This document shows, piece by piece, positions 21,065 through 29,953 of a DNA stretch of 64,000 nucleotides. Origin of the DNA: an uncultured Gemmatimonadales bacterium. Lineage in GTDB: Bacteria; Gemmatimonadota; Gemmatimonadetes; Palauibacterales; Palauibacteraceae. Within the stretch, counting starts at the first letter, position 1, and every line of letters begins with the position of its first letter. Location: NCBI GenBank assembly GCA_963783385.1, contig CAWANJ010000007.1, positions 64,001 through 128,000 on the forward strand. Direction: 5' to 3'. Under the pieces are notes generated by a model that worked only from the letters and a program-made list of their open reading frames with translations, was not told the DNA's origin and did not search any database. A program made the position numbers and the translations under genes.

Positions 21065-23202
21065 GGGGCGCCCGGGCGGTCCTGGCGGTCGCGGCACTCC
21101 TCGCGCTCCTGGCCGGGGCCTGCCGTCCCGCCGCATCGCCCTCCTCTCCGTCGTCCCTCTCCGGCGACTGGGACTGGTACCGGACCATGGGCGCCACGCC
21201 CACGGGCGGCTGGGAGGGCCGACGCCGCTTCGCCTTCGCCCACTTCGAGGGCCCCGAGGCGGCCGGTGCGTGGCTGAAGCGCCGCTCGGGCGAGACCATG
21301 GAGACGATCGACTCGGTGGCGGTCACCGGGGACTCGGTGGTCCTCGACTTCGCCCCGGAGGCGGGTGGGGAGACGGCGACCTTCCGCGGCGCCTGGACGC
21401 CCGCCGGCGCGGCGAGCGGCGCCGAGACGGACACCCTCGCCGGCTTCCTGTACCGGGGCGGGACGCCGACCGAGCGCGTGTGGTTCGTGCGGCGCTCCTC
21501 GCCGGCCGACTTCGAGCCCCCCATCCGGCTGTGGCCGGGGCCCCTGTCGGACTCGACCTACGACGTGACGATCGACCCGGCCGTCCCCATGCACGCCCGC
21601 GACGGGACGCTCCTCATGAGCTTCGTAGGCCGGCCGGTGGGGAAGGGCCCGTTCGGCGTCGTCATGGAGCGGACCCCGTACCTGCGCTGGGACACGGCGG
21701 CGGCCACCTTCTGGGCGTCGCGCGGCTACATCTACGTGAAGCAGGACGTCCGGGGGCGGGGCGGCTCGGGCGGAGTCCTCGACATGAACGACATGCAGAT
21801 GGAGGACGGCTACGACGCGGTCGAGTGGGCCGCCCGGCTGCCGGGCTCCAACGGCAGGGTCGGCATGGTCGGCCGCTCCAACCCCGGCCTGTACGCGTGG
21901 TACGCCGCCATCGCCGCTCCCCCGCACCTGGCCGCCATCGCGCCCCAGGTGGCCACGGCCGATCCCGTCCGTCTCGTTCCCTACATCGACATGGTGTTCT
22001 CGCCCACGATCGTCCCGTGGCTGTGCCTGACGAAGGTGAAGGACAGGCTGTCGGACATGAGCGACGTGGCCGAGGTGAAGGCGTTCCGGCACCTGCCGGT
22101 CATCGACGCCGACACCCTGGCCGGCTGCCCGCGCCGCCAGTTCTGGCTGGACTGGTTCGACCACCAGAGCCAGGACGCCTACTGGAAGCGGCTCGGGGTC
22201 GAGAACCACCTGGACCGTGTGAAGGTGCCCGTGCTGGGCATCGCCGGCTGGCACGATGACGCGCGCGGCACGATCCGGAACTACACGGTGATGAGCCATC
22301 ATCCGCACCACCCCTTCCTCCGGGTCGTGATGGACGCCGGCGCGCACAAGGGGATCGACTACGTGCACGGTCACTTCGGCCCGCGCGCCCGCATCCAGCC
22401 GCGCCTCCTGCAGCTGCGCTGGTTCGACCACTACCTGAAGGGGATCGACAACGGCGTGGACCGGGAGCCACCGCTCGACTTCTTCCTCATGGGGCCCAAC
22501 GTGTGGACGAAGGAGGAGGCGTGGCCGCTGGCGCGAACGAGGTGGACGCCCTTCTACCTGCACTCGGGCGGGAACGCCAACACCTCGGCGGGGGATGGGA
22601 CCCTGGACACGGTCCCGCCGCGACCCGGTGCGGGAGCGGGCGCCGCGGCCGACACCTTCACCTACGATCCGGGCGATCCCACCCCGTACCTGGTCGACGC
22701 GCGCGAGCTGGAGCTGTCGCTCAACGAGGACTACGCGGCCGTCGAGCGCCGACGCCGCGACATGCTCGTGTTCACCACGGCGCCTCTGCGGGACTCGCTC
22801 CGCATCGAGGGCCCGATGACCGCCACCCTGTGGGCGGCCACGGACCGGAGGGACACGGACTGGCACGTCATGATCCTGGACGTCCACCCGGACGGGAAGG
22901 CCATGCGGATCCAGGACGGCATCGTGCGGGCCCGGTTCCGGAACGGCTTCGACCGGCCCGAGCTCCTCACGCCGGGAAGGGTCGAGAAGTACGAGATCAA
23001 TGTGTGGTTCACGGCGATGGTGCTGCCGCCGGGACACCGGCTGCGGGTGACGGTGGAGTCGGCCGCGTTCCCGAAGTATGACCGGAACCTCAACACCGGC
23101 GGCGACAACGAGCGGGATACGACCTACGTGTCCGCCCACCAGCGCGTCCTGCACGACGCCGCGCACCCCTCGCACGTGACGTTGCCGGTGATCCCCGGGT
23201 GA
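21061..23202 (+). CDS. CocE/NonD family hydrolase (S15-like), probable lipoprotein
   Basis: GTGA overlap with the upstream stop; lipobox-like LAGAC; ERTPY, QDVRGRGGSGG, DGYDAVEW, GRSNPG, C-terminal FPKYDRNLNTG. Confidence 0.9.
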   Translation: MRGARAVLAVAALLALLAGACRPAASPSSPSSLSGDWDWYRTMGATPTGGWEGRRRFAFAHFEGPEAAGAWLKRRSGETMETIDSVAVTGDSVVLDFAPEAGGETATFRGAWTPAGAASGAETDTLAGFLYRGGTPTERVWFVRRSSPADFEPPIRLWPGPLSDSTYDVTIDPAVPMHARDGTLLMSFVGRPVGKGPFGVVMERTPYLRWDTAAATFWASRGYIYVKQDVRGRGGSGGVLDMNDMQMEDGYDAVEWAARLPGSNGRVGMVGRSNPGLYAWYAAIAAPPHLAAIAPQVATADPVRLVPYIDMVFSPTIVPWLCLTKVKDRLSDMSDVAEVKAFRHLPVIDADTLAGCPRRQFWLDWFDHQSQDAYWKRLGVENHLDRVKVPVLGIAGWHDDARGTIRNYTVMSHHPHHPFLRVVMDAGAHKGIDYVHGHFGPRARIQPRLLQLRWFDHYLKGIDNGVDREPPLDFFLMGPNVWTKEEAWPLARTRWTPFYLHSGGNANTSAGDGTLDTVPPRPGAGAGAAADTFTYDPGDPTPYLVDARELELSLNEDYAAVERRRRDMLVFTTAPLRDSLRIEGPMTATLWAATDRRDTDWHVMILDVHPDGKAMRIQDGIVRARFRNGFDRPELLTPGRVEKYEINVWFTAMVLPPGHRLRVTVESAAFPKYDRNLNTGGDNERDTTYVSAHQRVLHDAAHPSHVTLPVIPG

Positions 23203-23214
23203 GAGGGGCGGTAG

Positions 23215-23333
23215 AGAGGGGAGGCACCCTCTTTCGGGCACCAATGGCCAGGATTGTCAGAGAATGTCCAACTTTGTCATTCCTTGACAAGGATGGACAT
23301 CAGCTCCCGGAGGACCCCCGCGCTTCCCCCTCC
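23215..23333 (+). repeat. Dispersed phased-heptad element, copy C
   Basis: AGAGGG-gaggca-CCCTCT hairpin (23215-23232); units from 23244: ATGGCCAGGA TTGTCAGAGA ATGTCCAACT TTGTCATTCC TTGACAAGGA TGGACATCAG, then tail CTCCCGGAGGACCCCCG. Confidence 0.85.
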
Positions 23334-24205
23334 TTCTCCCCCTCGCTCTCTCCCTCCCGGGCCTCCACATAGGCCGCCTCCAGCGCCCAGAACGCCGCCA
23401 GCGCGGCCTCCAGCCTTCGCTTGCGGAGATGGCGCGCGAGCCGGCGCAGGCTCCAGTGGCCCACGGCCGTCGGCACGGGAAAGGGGAACAGGCGCCCGCG
23501 GTCCAGGTCCACGAGGAGGGGGAAGGGAGCCGGCGGGGCCGCGGAGGGCTCGGCGGTCGGGTCCCGGACGAGGAAGTTGTCGACGTGCAGGTCGGGGTGC
23601 CATCCCCCGGCCGCGTGCAGGCCGGCCGCCGTGCGGCCGAGGGCGCGCATGAGGGAGGTCGCCGCGTCCGCCGCCACCCCCTCCGGCGTGGGGGCGGTCG
23701 CGTCCAGGCTCGCCAGCACCTCGCCGGCCGGCCGCGCGCCGTCCACGAAGCGGGTGATGAGCGCGGCCCGGTAGCCGGGCCCGAGCTCCTCCCGGACGCA
23801 GGCCAGCGGCTCGACCACCGGGACGCCCCGCCGGCGGAGCCGCTCGGTCACGACCAGCTCCCGCTCGCCCCGCCGGCCCAGCAGGTAGCGCCGCCGGCTG
23901 AAGCGCCGGGCCAGCCCGCCGCGCCGGTACGGCCGGACGACGGCCTCTCCCGGTGGCTCGGTGGGCACCACGGCCACGGGGCCCCGGCCCGAGTCGGTGT
24001 CCAGGAGCCGGGCGCCCCGCCCCTCGAGCCGCGTCACCAGCTCCCGGGGCTCGAGATCCGCGGCCTCCAGCAGCCCGGCCGCGTCGAAGGTGCCGGCGAA
24101 GTCGGTCCGCACGAGGGCGGAGCGGCGTCCCTCGCGGCGGACCACGAACCGGTCCGCGAGGTCGGCGGGGAGGGCGGAGGCGGGAGGGGCGTCGGCGCGT
24201 GCCAT
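23300..24205 (-). CDS. Lipopolysaccharide kinase, Kdo/WaaP family
   Basis: VVRPYRRGG, RE..V, catalytic HPDLHVDNFLV, LVDLDRG, RRLARHL. Confidence 0.85.
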   Translation of the reverse strand: MARADAPPASALPADLADRFVVRREGRRSALVRTDFAGTFDAAGLLEAADLEPRELVTRLEGRGARLLDTDSGRGPVAVVPTEPPGEAVVRPYRRGGLARRFSRRRYLLGRRGERELVVTERLRRRGVPVVEPLACVREELGPGYRAALITRFVDGARPAGEVLASLDATAPTPEGVAADAATSLMRALGRTAAGLHAAGGWHPDLHVDNFLVRDPTAEPSAAPPAPFPLLVDLDRGRLFPFPVPTAVGHWSLRRLARHLRKRRLEAALAAFWALEAAYVEAREGESEGEKEGEARGSSGS

Positions 24206-24327
24206 GCCCCGAAGATGCCGCGCCCGCCGTCCATCCGCGATGCGGGGAGGCGCGCGCCGCGCCGTCTCGTCTCGCGCGGCGTCCCCGATTTGTACGGCCC
24301 GGGCCGGCGCGGTAGCTTTCCCGGCCC

Positions 24328-25206
24328 ATGATCCCCCCTCTGTCCGGATTCTCGATCGTCAAGAACGCCAGCCTCCAGGAGTACCCCGTCGAGGTGGCAC
24401 TCCGGTCGGCGCTCCCGCTTGTCGAGGAGCTCGTCGTGGACGTGGGGGTGTCCGAGGACGATACGCTGGATCGCGTGCGGTGCTGGGCGGAGGCGGAGGG
24501 TGCGGGGCGGGTCCGGGTCCTGGAGCGCGACTGGGGTGCGGAGCGGGGCCGGTCCACGGTCGTCCACTCCGAGGAGACCAACGCAGCCATGGCGGAGTGC
24601 CGGAACGACTGGGTCCTGTACATCCAGGCCGACGAGGTGCTGCACGCGGAGGACTACGAGGCCTTCCGCGAGGCGCTCGGCGCGGCGGACCGCGACCCCC
24701 GGGCCGAGGGGCTGCTGTTCGACTATCTGCACTTCTACGGCTCGCCGGACTGGGTCCTGTGGGGCCGACGCTCCTACCGGCGAGAGGTACGGGTGGTGCG
24801 GCGCTCGAGCGGGATCCGCTCGGTGAGCGGCGCGCAGGGCTTCATGGTCGGGGACCGCAAGCCGCGCGTCCTGCCGGCACGGGCGCGGATGTTCCACTAC
24901 GGCTACGTGAAGAGCCTCCGGGCGCTGACCGAGAAGCGCAAGCTGGGCGCGCGCTACGCGGGGAGGGACGACTCGGCGGTGGACCCGTTCCGCTGGCGCC
25001 GGCACGGCGGGCTCGTCCGCTTCGAGGGCACCCACCCCCCGGCGGCGCGCGCCTGGATCGCCTCGGAGGCGTGGCCCTTCGACCCGGAGGCCTCGCCGCG
25101 CCCGGAGCTCACGCCATACGAGCTCAAGGTGCGCGTGTCGGACGCTATCGAGCGCCTCACGGGGCGGCGGCCGTTCGAGCACCGGAACTACATCCTGCTG
25201 GAGTAG
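24328..25206 (+). CDS. Glycosyltransferase family 2
   Basis: GFSIVKN, SEDDT, DWVLYIQADE, FHYGY. Confidence 0.85.
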   Translation: MIPPLSGFSIVKNASLQEYPVEVALRSALPLVEELVVDVGVSEDDTLDRVRCWAEAEGAGRVRVLERDWGAERGRSTVVHSEETNAAMAECRNDWVLYIQADEVLHAEDYEAFREALGAADRDPRAEGLLFDYLHFYGSPDWVLWGRRSYRREVRVVRRSSGIRSVSGAQGFMVGDRKPRVLPARARMFHYGYVKSLRALTEKRKLGARYAGRDDSAVDPFRWRRHGGLVRFEGTHPPAARAWIASEAWPFDPEASPRPELTPYELKVRVSDAIERLTGRRPFEHRNYILLE

Positions 25207-25227
25207 AGAGGTGAGGGCGGGCGTCCG

Positions 25228-26178
25228 GTGAGGATCGGCCTGTGGTTCCACTCGACCGTGCCGGTGCGCCGCTACGGCGGGACGCAGCGGGTGGTGGTGT
25301 GGCTCGCCGACGCCCTGGCCGAGCTGGGACACGAGCCCGTGCTCCTCACCCCGCCGGGCTCCCGGTCGCGGACGGCGGAGGTCGTGGCCCTCCCCCGGAA
25401 GGTGATGCGCCGGGCCGAGGCCGAGCCCGGGTTCGAGCTGGACGCGCACCTGCCGCCGGGCCTCGACGTGATCCACTTCCACTCGGTGGCGGCCGCGCGC
25501 ACGGGCCTCCCGCGTCTCACCACCATCCACGGGAACGGGGAGCCGGGCTCCTTCGGGCCCGACGCGGTGTTCGTCTCCCGCGACCACATGGAGCGCATGG
25601 GCGGCAGCCGCTACGTCCTCCACGGTCTCTCCCCGGACGACTACACCTTCCGGGAGAGGAAGGAGGAGTGGCTCCTGTTCCTGGCCAAGGTGCGATGGAA
25701 GGTGAAGGGGGTGGACCGCGCCGAGCGGGTGGCGCGGGCGGCCGGCGTTTCGCTGGTGATCGCCGGGGGGTGGCGCCCACACCCGTTCGAGCGGAGCATC
25801 CGGTCGGTGGGCATGGTGGGCGGCGAGCGCAAGCGGGAGCTGCTGGCGGACGCGCGGGCGCTCCTGTTCCCGGTGCGCTGGGACGAGCCGTTCGGGCTGG
25901 CGGTGATCGAGGCCCTCGCCTCCGGGACGCCCGTCCTGGCCAGCCGGCGCGGCTCCCTGCCCGAGCTGGTGAGCCCGGAGACCGGCTTCCTGTGCGCGAG
26001 CGAGGAGGAGTTCGTGGAGGCGGTAGCCGAGCTGGACCGCATCGAGCCGGGGGCGTGCCGTGCCCGGGTGGAGGAGCGCTTCACGGCGCGCCGCATGGCC
26101 GAGGACTACCTGCGGCTGTACCGCGAGGCCGCGGGAGGTGGCCTCGGGCCGGAGGAGAGCGCCGGAGGCGGCGCGTGA
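25228..26178 (+). CDS. Glycosyltransferase family 4
   Basis: YGGTQRVV, TTIHG, WDEPFGLAVIEALASGTPV. Confidence 0.92.
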   Translation: MRIGLWFHSTVPVRRYGGTQRVVVWLADALAELGHEPVLLTPPGSRSRTAEVVALPRKVMRRAEAEPGFELDAHLPPGLDVIHFHSVAAARTGLPRLTTIHGNGEPGSFGPDAVFVSRDHMERMGGSRYVLHGLSPDDYTFRERKEEWLLFLAKVRWKVKGVDRAERVARAAGVSLVIAGGWRPHPFERSIRSVGMVGGERKRELLADARALLFPVRWDEPFGLAVIEALASGTPVLASRRGSLPELVSPETGFLCASEEEFVEAVAELDRIEPGACRARVEERFTARRMAEDYLRLYREAAGGGLGPEESAGGGA

Positions 26179-26957
26179 GCGGGCGCGCGGGCTCGACGGG
26201 CGTGTCCGTGGCGATGATCGCCACGGACGAGGAGGACCGGATCGACCGGGCCCTGGCCTCGGTGGCGTGGGCCGACCAGGTGGTGCTGGTCGACGGCGGG
26301 AGCTCCGACCGCACCCCGGAGATCGCACGAGAGGCCGGCGCCCGCGTGCTCGGCACGGATCCGCCGTGGCCTGGCTACGCCGCTCAGCGCCGCCGCGCCA
26401 TCGAGGCCGCGGCCGGCCCCTGGATTCTGGTCCTCGACGCCGACGAGGAGGTCACCCCGGAGTTCGCCCGGGAGATCCGGGATGTGGTCGGCACCCCGGC
26501 CGGCGGCCCCGCCGGCTACGAGATCACCTTCCACACCCGATACCTGGACCACTGGTTCGGGCGCCGGGGCTGGTACCGGGAGCGGCACCTGAGGCTGGCG
26601 CGCAAGGACGCGCTCCGGGTGACCGAGCGGCGCGTGCACGAGGGGCTCGAGGTGGCGGGCCCGGTCGGGCGGCTGCGGGGCCCGATCCGCCACTACAGCT
26701 ACCGGAGCGTCGCCCACCACCAGGCCAAGATGGCCGAGTACGCCCGGCTCAAGGCGAGGGACCTCCGCGAGCGCGGCCGGCGCGGCACCCCGGCCTCGGC
26801 CTGCGCGCACGCTCTCGGCCGCCTGTTCGGCGGCTACCTGCTCCAGGGCCGCTTCCTGGACGGCTGGGCCGGCCTCGCCCACGAGCTCCTGGCCGCGGAG
26901 GCCAGCCTGCTGGCCTACCTGGAGCTGTGGGAGCTGGGGCGGGGCGAGGATGCCTGA
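26175..26957 (+). CDS. Glycosyltransferase family 2 (WaaE/KdtX-like)
   Basis: GTGA overlap; VDGGSSDRT, WILVLDADE, RVHE, IRHYSY, FLDGWAG. Confidence 0.88.
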   Translation: MSGRAGSTGVSVAMIATDEEDRIDRALASVAWADQVVLVDGGSSDRTPEIAREAGARVLGTDPPWPGYAAQRRRAIEAAAGPWILVLDADEEVTPEFAREIRDVVGTPAGGPAGYEITFHTRYLDHWFGRRGWYRERHLRLARKDALRVTERRVHEGLEVAGPVGRLRGPIRHYSYRSVAHHQAKMAEYARLKARDLRERGRRGTPASACAHALGRLFGGYLLQGRFLDGWAGLAHELLAAEASLLAYLELWELGRGEDA

Positions 26958-28113
26958 CCTCCCGACCGTCCTCCACGTGGATGCGGCGCGGGAGTGGCGC
27001 GGCGGCCAGAACCAGGCGCGCCTCCTCGTCTCCGAGCTGGCCCGCCGCGGACTGGAGCAGGCGCTGGCCGCCCGGCCGGATTCCCGACTGGCCGCGGAGG
27101 TGGATGCGCTGGGCGTCCGGGTCGTCCCCCTCCGGTGGCGTACGGGGCTCGATCCGGCCGCCGTGGTCGGCCTCGCGCGGGAGCTCGGGGCCGGTGGCTG
27201 GGACGTCGTGCACGCACACAGCTCCCACGCCCTGCAGACCTCCCTGCTCGCCCTGGCGCTGGCGGGCGGTCGTTCCGCGCTGGTCGGGTCCAGGCGGCTG
27301 GACTTCCCGCTGCGCTCGCCGGCCGTGTGGAGGCGGGCGGACGTGGTGCTGGCCGTGTCCTGGGCCGTCCGCGACGTGCTGGTGACCGGGGGGCTCGAGC
27401 CGGCCCGGGTGCGCGTCGTCCACGACGGGGTGGACCTCCGGGAGACGAAGCCCCGCCCCGTCCCGGGTCCGGATGCCCGTTCCGGGTCCGGCGCTCCCGG
27501 GCGCCTGCGCCGGGCGGCGGGCGCCGGGCCCGGCGACCTCCTGGTGGGGACGGCCGGGGCGCTGGTCGGCCACAAGGACCACGCCACCCTCCTCCAGGCC
27601 GCCGCCGAGGTGGTGCACGCGCGCCCGGAAGCGCGCTTCGTGGTGGCCGGCGAAGGGCCGCTGCGCCCGGAGCTGGAGCGACTGGCGGAGACGCTCGGTC
27701 TGGGGCCGCGGGTGTCGCTTCCAGGGCACCTGCCCGACGTGGCCGGCTCCCTGGCCGAGCTCGACCTGTTCGTCCTCTCCTCCAGCGGCGAGGGGCTCGG
27801 CTCGGCCTCGCTCGAGGCGCTGGCCGCGGGCGTCCCGGTCGTGCTGACCCGGGCCGGCGGCCTGGTGGACGTGGCCGGGGATGTCCTCCCCTCGGTTCCG
27901 CCCGGCGACTCGGCCGCCCTGGCTGCCGCGATCCTCCGGCTCCTGGCCGATCCGGAGGCTCGCGCCCGGGTCGCTCGGGCCGGCCGGGAACGGGTACGGG
28001 CGTTTTCGGCCGCGGCCATGGCCGAGCGAACGCTGGACGCCTACCGGGCGGTGGCGCTTCGGCGGCGGGAGGAGGCCCTGGTGGCTCGCGCCTACCGCCG
28101 CGCCGAGCCGTGA
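26950..28113 (+). CDS. Glycosyltransferase family 4
   Basis: WRGGQNQ, VVHAH, HKDH, EGLGSASLEALAAGVPVV. Confidence 0.9.
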   Translation: MPDLPTVLHVDAAREWRGGQNQARLLVSELARRGLEQALAARPDSRLAAEVDALGVRVVPLRWRTGLDPAAVVGLARELGAGGWDVVHAHSSHALQTSLLALALAGGRSALVGSRRLDFPLRSPAVWRRADVVLAVSWAVRDVLVTGGLEPARVRVVHDGVDLRETKPRPVPGPDARSGSGAPGRLRRAAGAGPGDLLVGTAGALVGHKDHATLLQAAAEVVHARPEARFVVAGEGPLRPELERLAETLGLGPRVSLPGHLPDVAGSLAELDLFVLSSSGEGLGSASLEALAAGVPVVLTRAGGLVDVAGDVLPSVPPGDSAALAAAILRLLADPEARARVARAGRERVRAFSAAAMAERTLDAYRAVALRRREEALVARAYRRAEP

Positions 28114-29048
28114 GCGGGGCGCGGGGTCGGCTCGAGTACCTGGGCGCGAGGGCGCTCGAGGCCGGATTCTCGGCCCTTCCGCCGCGCGCGGGAGAGGCGG
28201 TGGGCGTCGCGCTCGGCGCCGCGGCCCGCGCGGCGGGCGTGCGCGCGGAGGTGGTGCGGCCGCAGATCGCCGCCGCGTTTCCGGGACGTGACGCCGCCTG
28301 GGTGGAGGAGACCGCGTCGGCCTGCTACCGTCACTTCGGCCGGGAGGCGGCCGCGCTCGCCCGCATGTCACGCCTGGATCCCGCGCGCCTGGTGACGGGC
28401 ACGCGGGGCGTCGAGGTCCTGCGCGGGGCGCTGGCGGGAGCCGGAAGCCCCGGAGGCGGACGGATCATCGTGACCGGCCACCTGGGCAACTGGGAGCTGG
28501 GGGGGGCGCTGCTGGCCGGGCTCGGGCTCCCCGTGCTGGCGGTGGTGAAGCGTCAGGCCAACCGGCGCTTCGACCGGCGGCTGGAGGGGCTGCGGCGCCG
28601 GCTGGGGATCGAGACGGTGACCATGGCGCGGGCGGGGCACAGGATCCCGGAGGCTGTGGCCGGGGGCGCGGTCGTGGCTCTGGTGGCGGACCAGGACGCG
28701 GGGAGCCGCGGCGTGTTCGTGCCCTTCCTGGGCCGGCCGGCGTCCACGTTTCGCGGCCCGGCGTACCTGTCCCTGCGGACGGGTGCGCCGCTGATGTTCG
28801 GGTTCGTGGTCCGCGACGGAGAGGGCTACCGCACGGAGATCGAGGAGGTGGCGCACGCCGGGGCGCCCGACGCCGAGGCGGTCGCCGGGGACGCCGTCGC
28901 CGCCGAGGCGGAGCTCACCCGCCGCTGGGTGGGCCGCCTCGAGGCCGCGGTGCGCCGCTGGCCGGGCCAGTACTTCTGGTTCCACCGGCGCTGGAAGACG
29001 CGCCCTCCGGGCGAGCGCAGGGCCGACGGCGCGCCGGGCGAGCGCTGA
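28110..29048 (+). CDS. Lipid A late acyltransferase (LpxL/HtrB family)
   Basis: GTGA overlap; TGHLGNWE, ALVADQD, VPFLGRPAST, PGQYFWFHRRWK. Confidence 0.9.
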   Translation: MSGARGRLEYLGARALEAGFSALPPRAGEAVGVALGAAARAAGVRAEVVRPQIAAAFPGRDAAWVEETASACYRHFGREAAALARMSRLDPARLVTGTRGVEVLRGALAGAGSPGGGRIIVTGHLGNWELGGALLAGLGLPVLAVVKRQANRRFDRRLEGLRRRLGIETVTMARAGHRIPEAVAGGAVVALVADQDAGSRGVFVPFLGRPASTFRGPAYLSLRTGAPLMFGFVVRDGEGYRTEIEEVAHAGAPDAEAVAGDAVAAEAELTRRWVGRLEAAVRRWPGQYFWFHRRWKTRPPGERRADGAPGER

Positions 29049-29158
29049 CCGGCACGGAGGGAGGCGGCGAGGGTACGCAGGATTGCGGGACGTGCTGGGG
29101 GGCCGGGCCTCGTCGGGCCGCGGCCCACGACGGGCGATGTAACGAAGACGAGGTCACC

Positions 29159-29953
29159 TTGATCTACATCGGACTCCCGGTCCACGACGAGCGGCACACG
29201 ATCGGGCCCCTGCTGTGGCGCATCCGAAAGGTGCTGCTGGAGCAGGGCGGAGACTTCCACCTGGTGGTCGTGGACGACGCGTCCACGGACGGGACCGACC
29301 GGGCGCTCGAGCCGTATCGGCGCATCCTCCCCCTCACCCTCATCCACCACGAGGCTCGCAAGGGCTATGCGGCCTCGCTGGAGCGCATCGTCCGGGAGGT
29401 TCTGGAGCGCTCGGGCTACCACCGCCGCGATGCGCTCCTCACCCTGCAGGCCGACTTCACCGACGCCCCGGAGGCCATCCCGGAAATGATCCGCCGCTTC
29501 CGGAGCGGGGCCGACCTGGTGGTCGGCGCTCCACGCCTCGACCGCAGGCCCCCGACCGCGGTGCGGCTGGGCCGGGCGGGAGCCTCGTTCCTGACCCGCT
29601 CGCTCCCGGCGGCCCACGAGGTGGAGGATCCCCTCGGCGGGTTCCGGCTCTACCGGCTGTTCCTGCTGGAGCGGGCACTCCGGGAGGCGTCCGGCGCGGA
29701 CGGTCGGCTGTTGCGGCACCAGGGGTGGGCGGCCAACGCCGAGCTGCTCGTCCGCGTCCTCGCTCACGCCCGCAGGGTGGAGGAGGTGGAGTTCCCGCTC
29801 ACCTACACGCGCCGCTATAGGGAGAGCCGGTTCCGGGCCCTCCCGGAGCTGTGGGGGCTGGTCAGGGTCGGCCTGGACCGCGGGCTGCGCAGGGCCGCGC
29901 GCGGCGGCGACGGGCCGGAGCAGGCGCTGGAGGCCGGAGGCGGGTCGGGGTGA
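29159..29953 (+). CDS. GT2, polyprenyl-phosphate glycosyltransferase-like
   Basis: PVHDE, VVDDASTDGT, LQADF, ADLVVG, DPLGGFRLYR, RYRESRF. Confidence 0.75.
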   Translation: MIYIGLPVHDERHTIGPLLWRIRKVLLEQGGDFHLVVVDDASTDGTDRALEPYRRILPLTLIHHEARKGYAASLERIVREVLERSGYHRRDALLTLQADFTDAPEAIPEMIRRFRSGADLVVGAPRLDRRPPTAVRLGRAGASFLTRSLPAAHEVEDPLGGFRLYRLFLLERALREASGADGRLLRHQGWAANAELLVRVLAHARRVEEVEFPLTYTRRYRESRFRALPELWGLVRVGLDRGLRRAARGGDGPEQALEAGGGSG

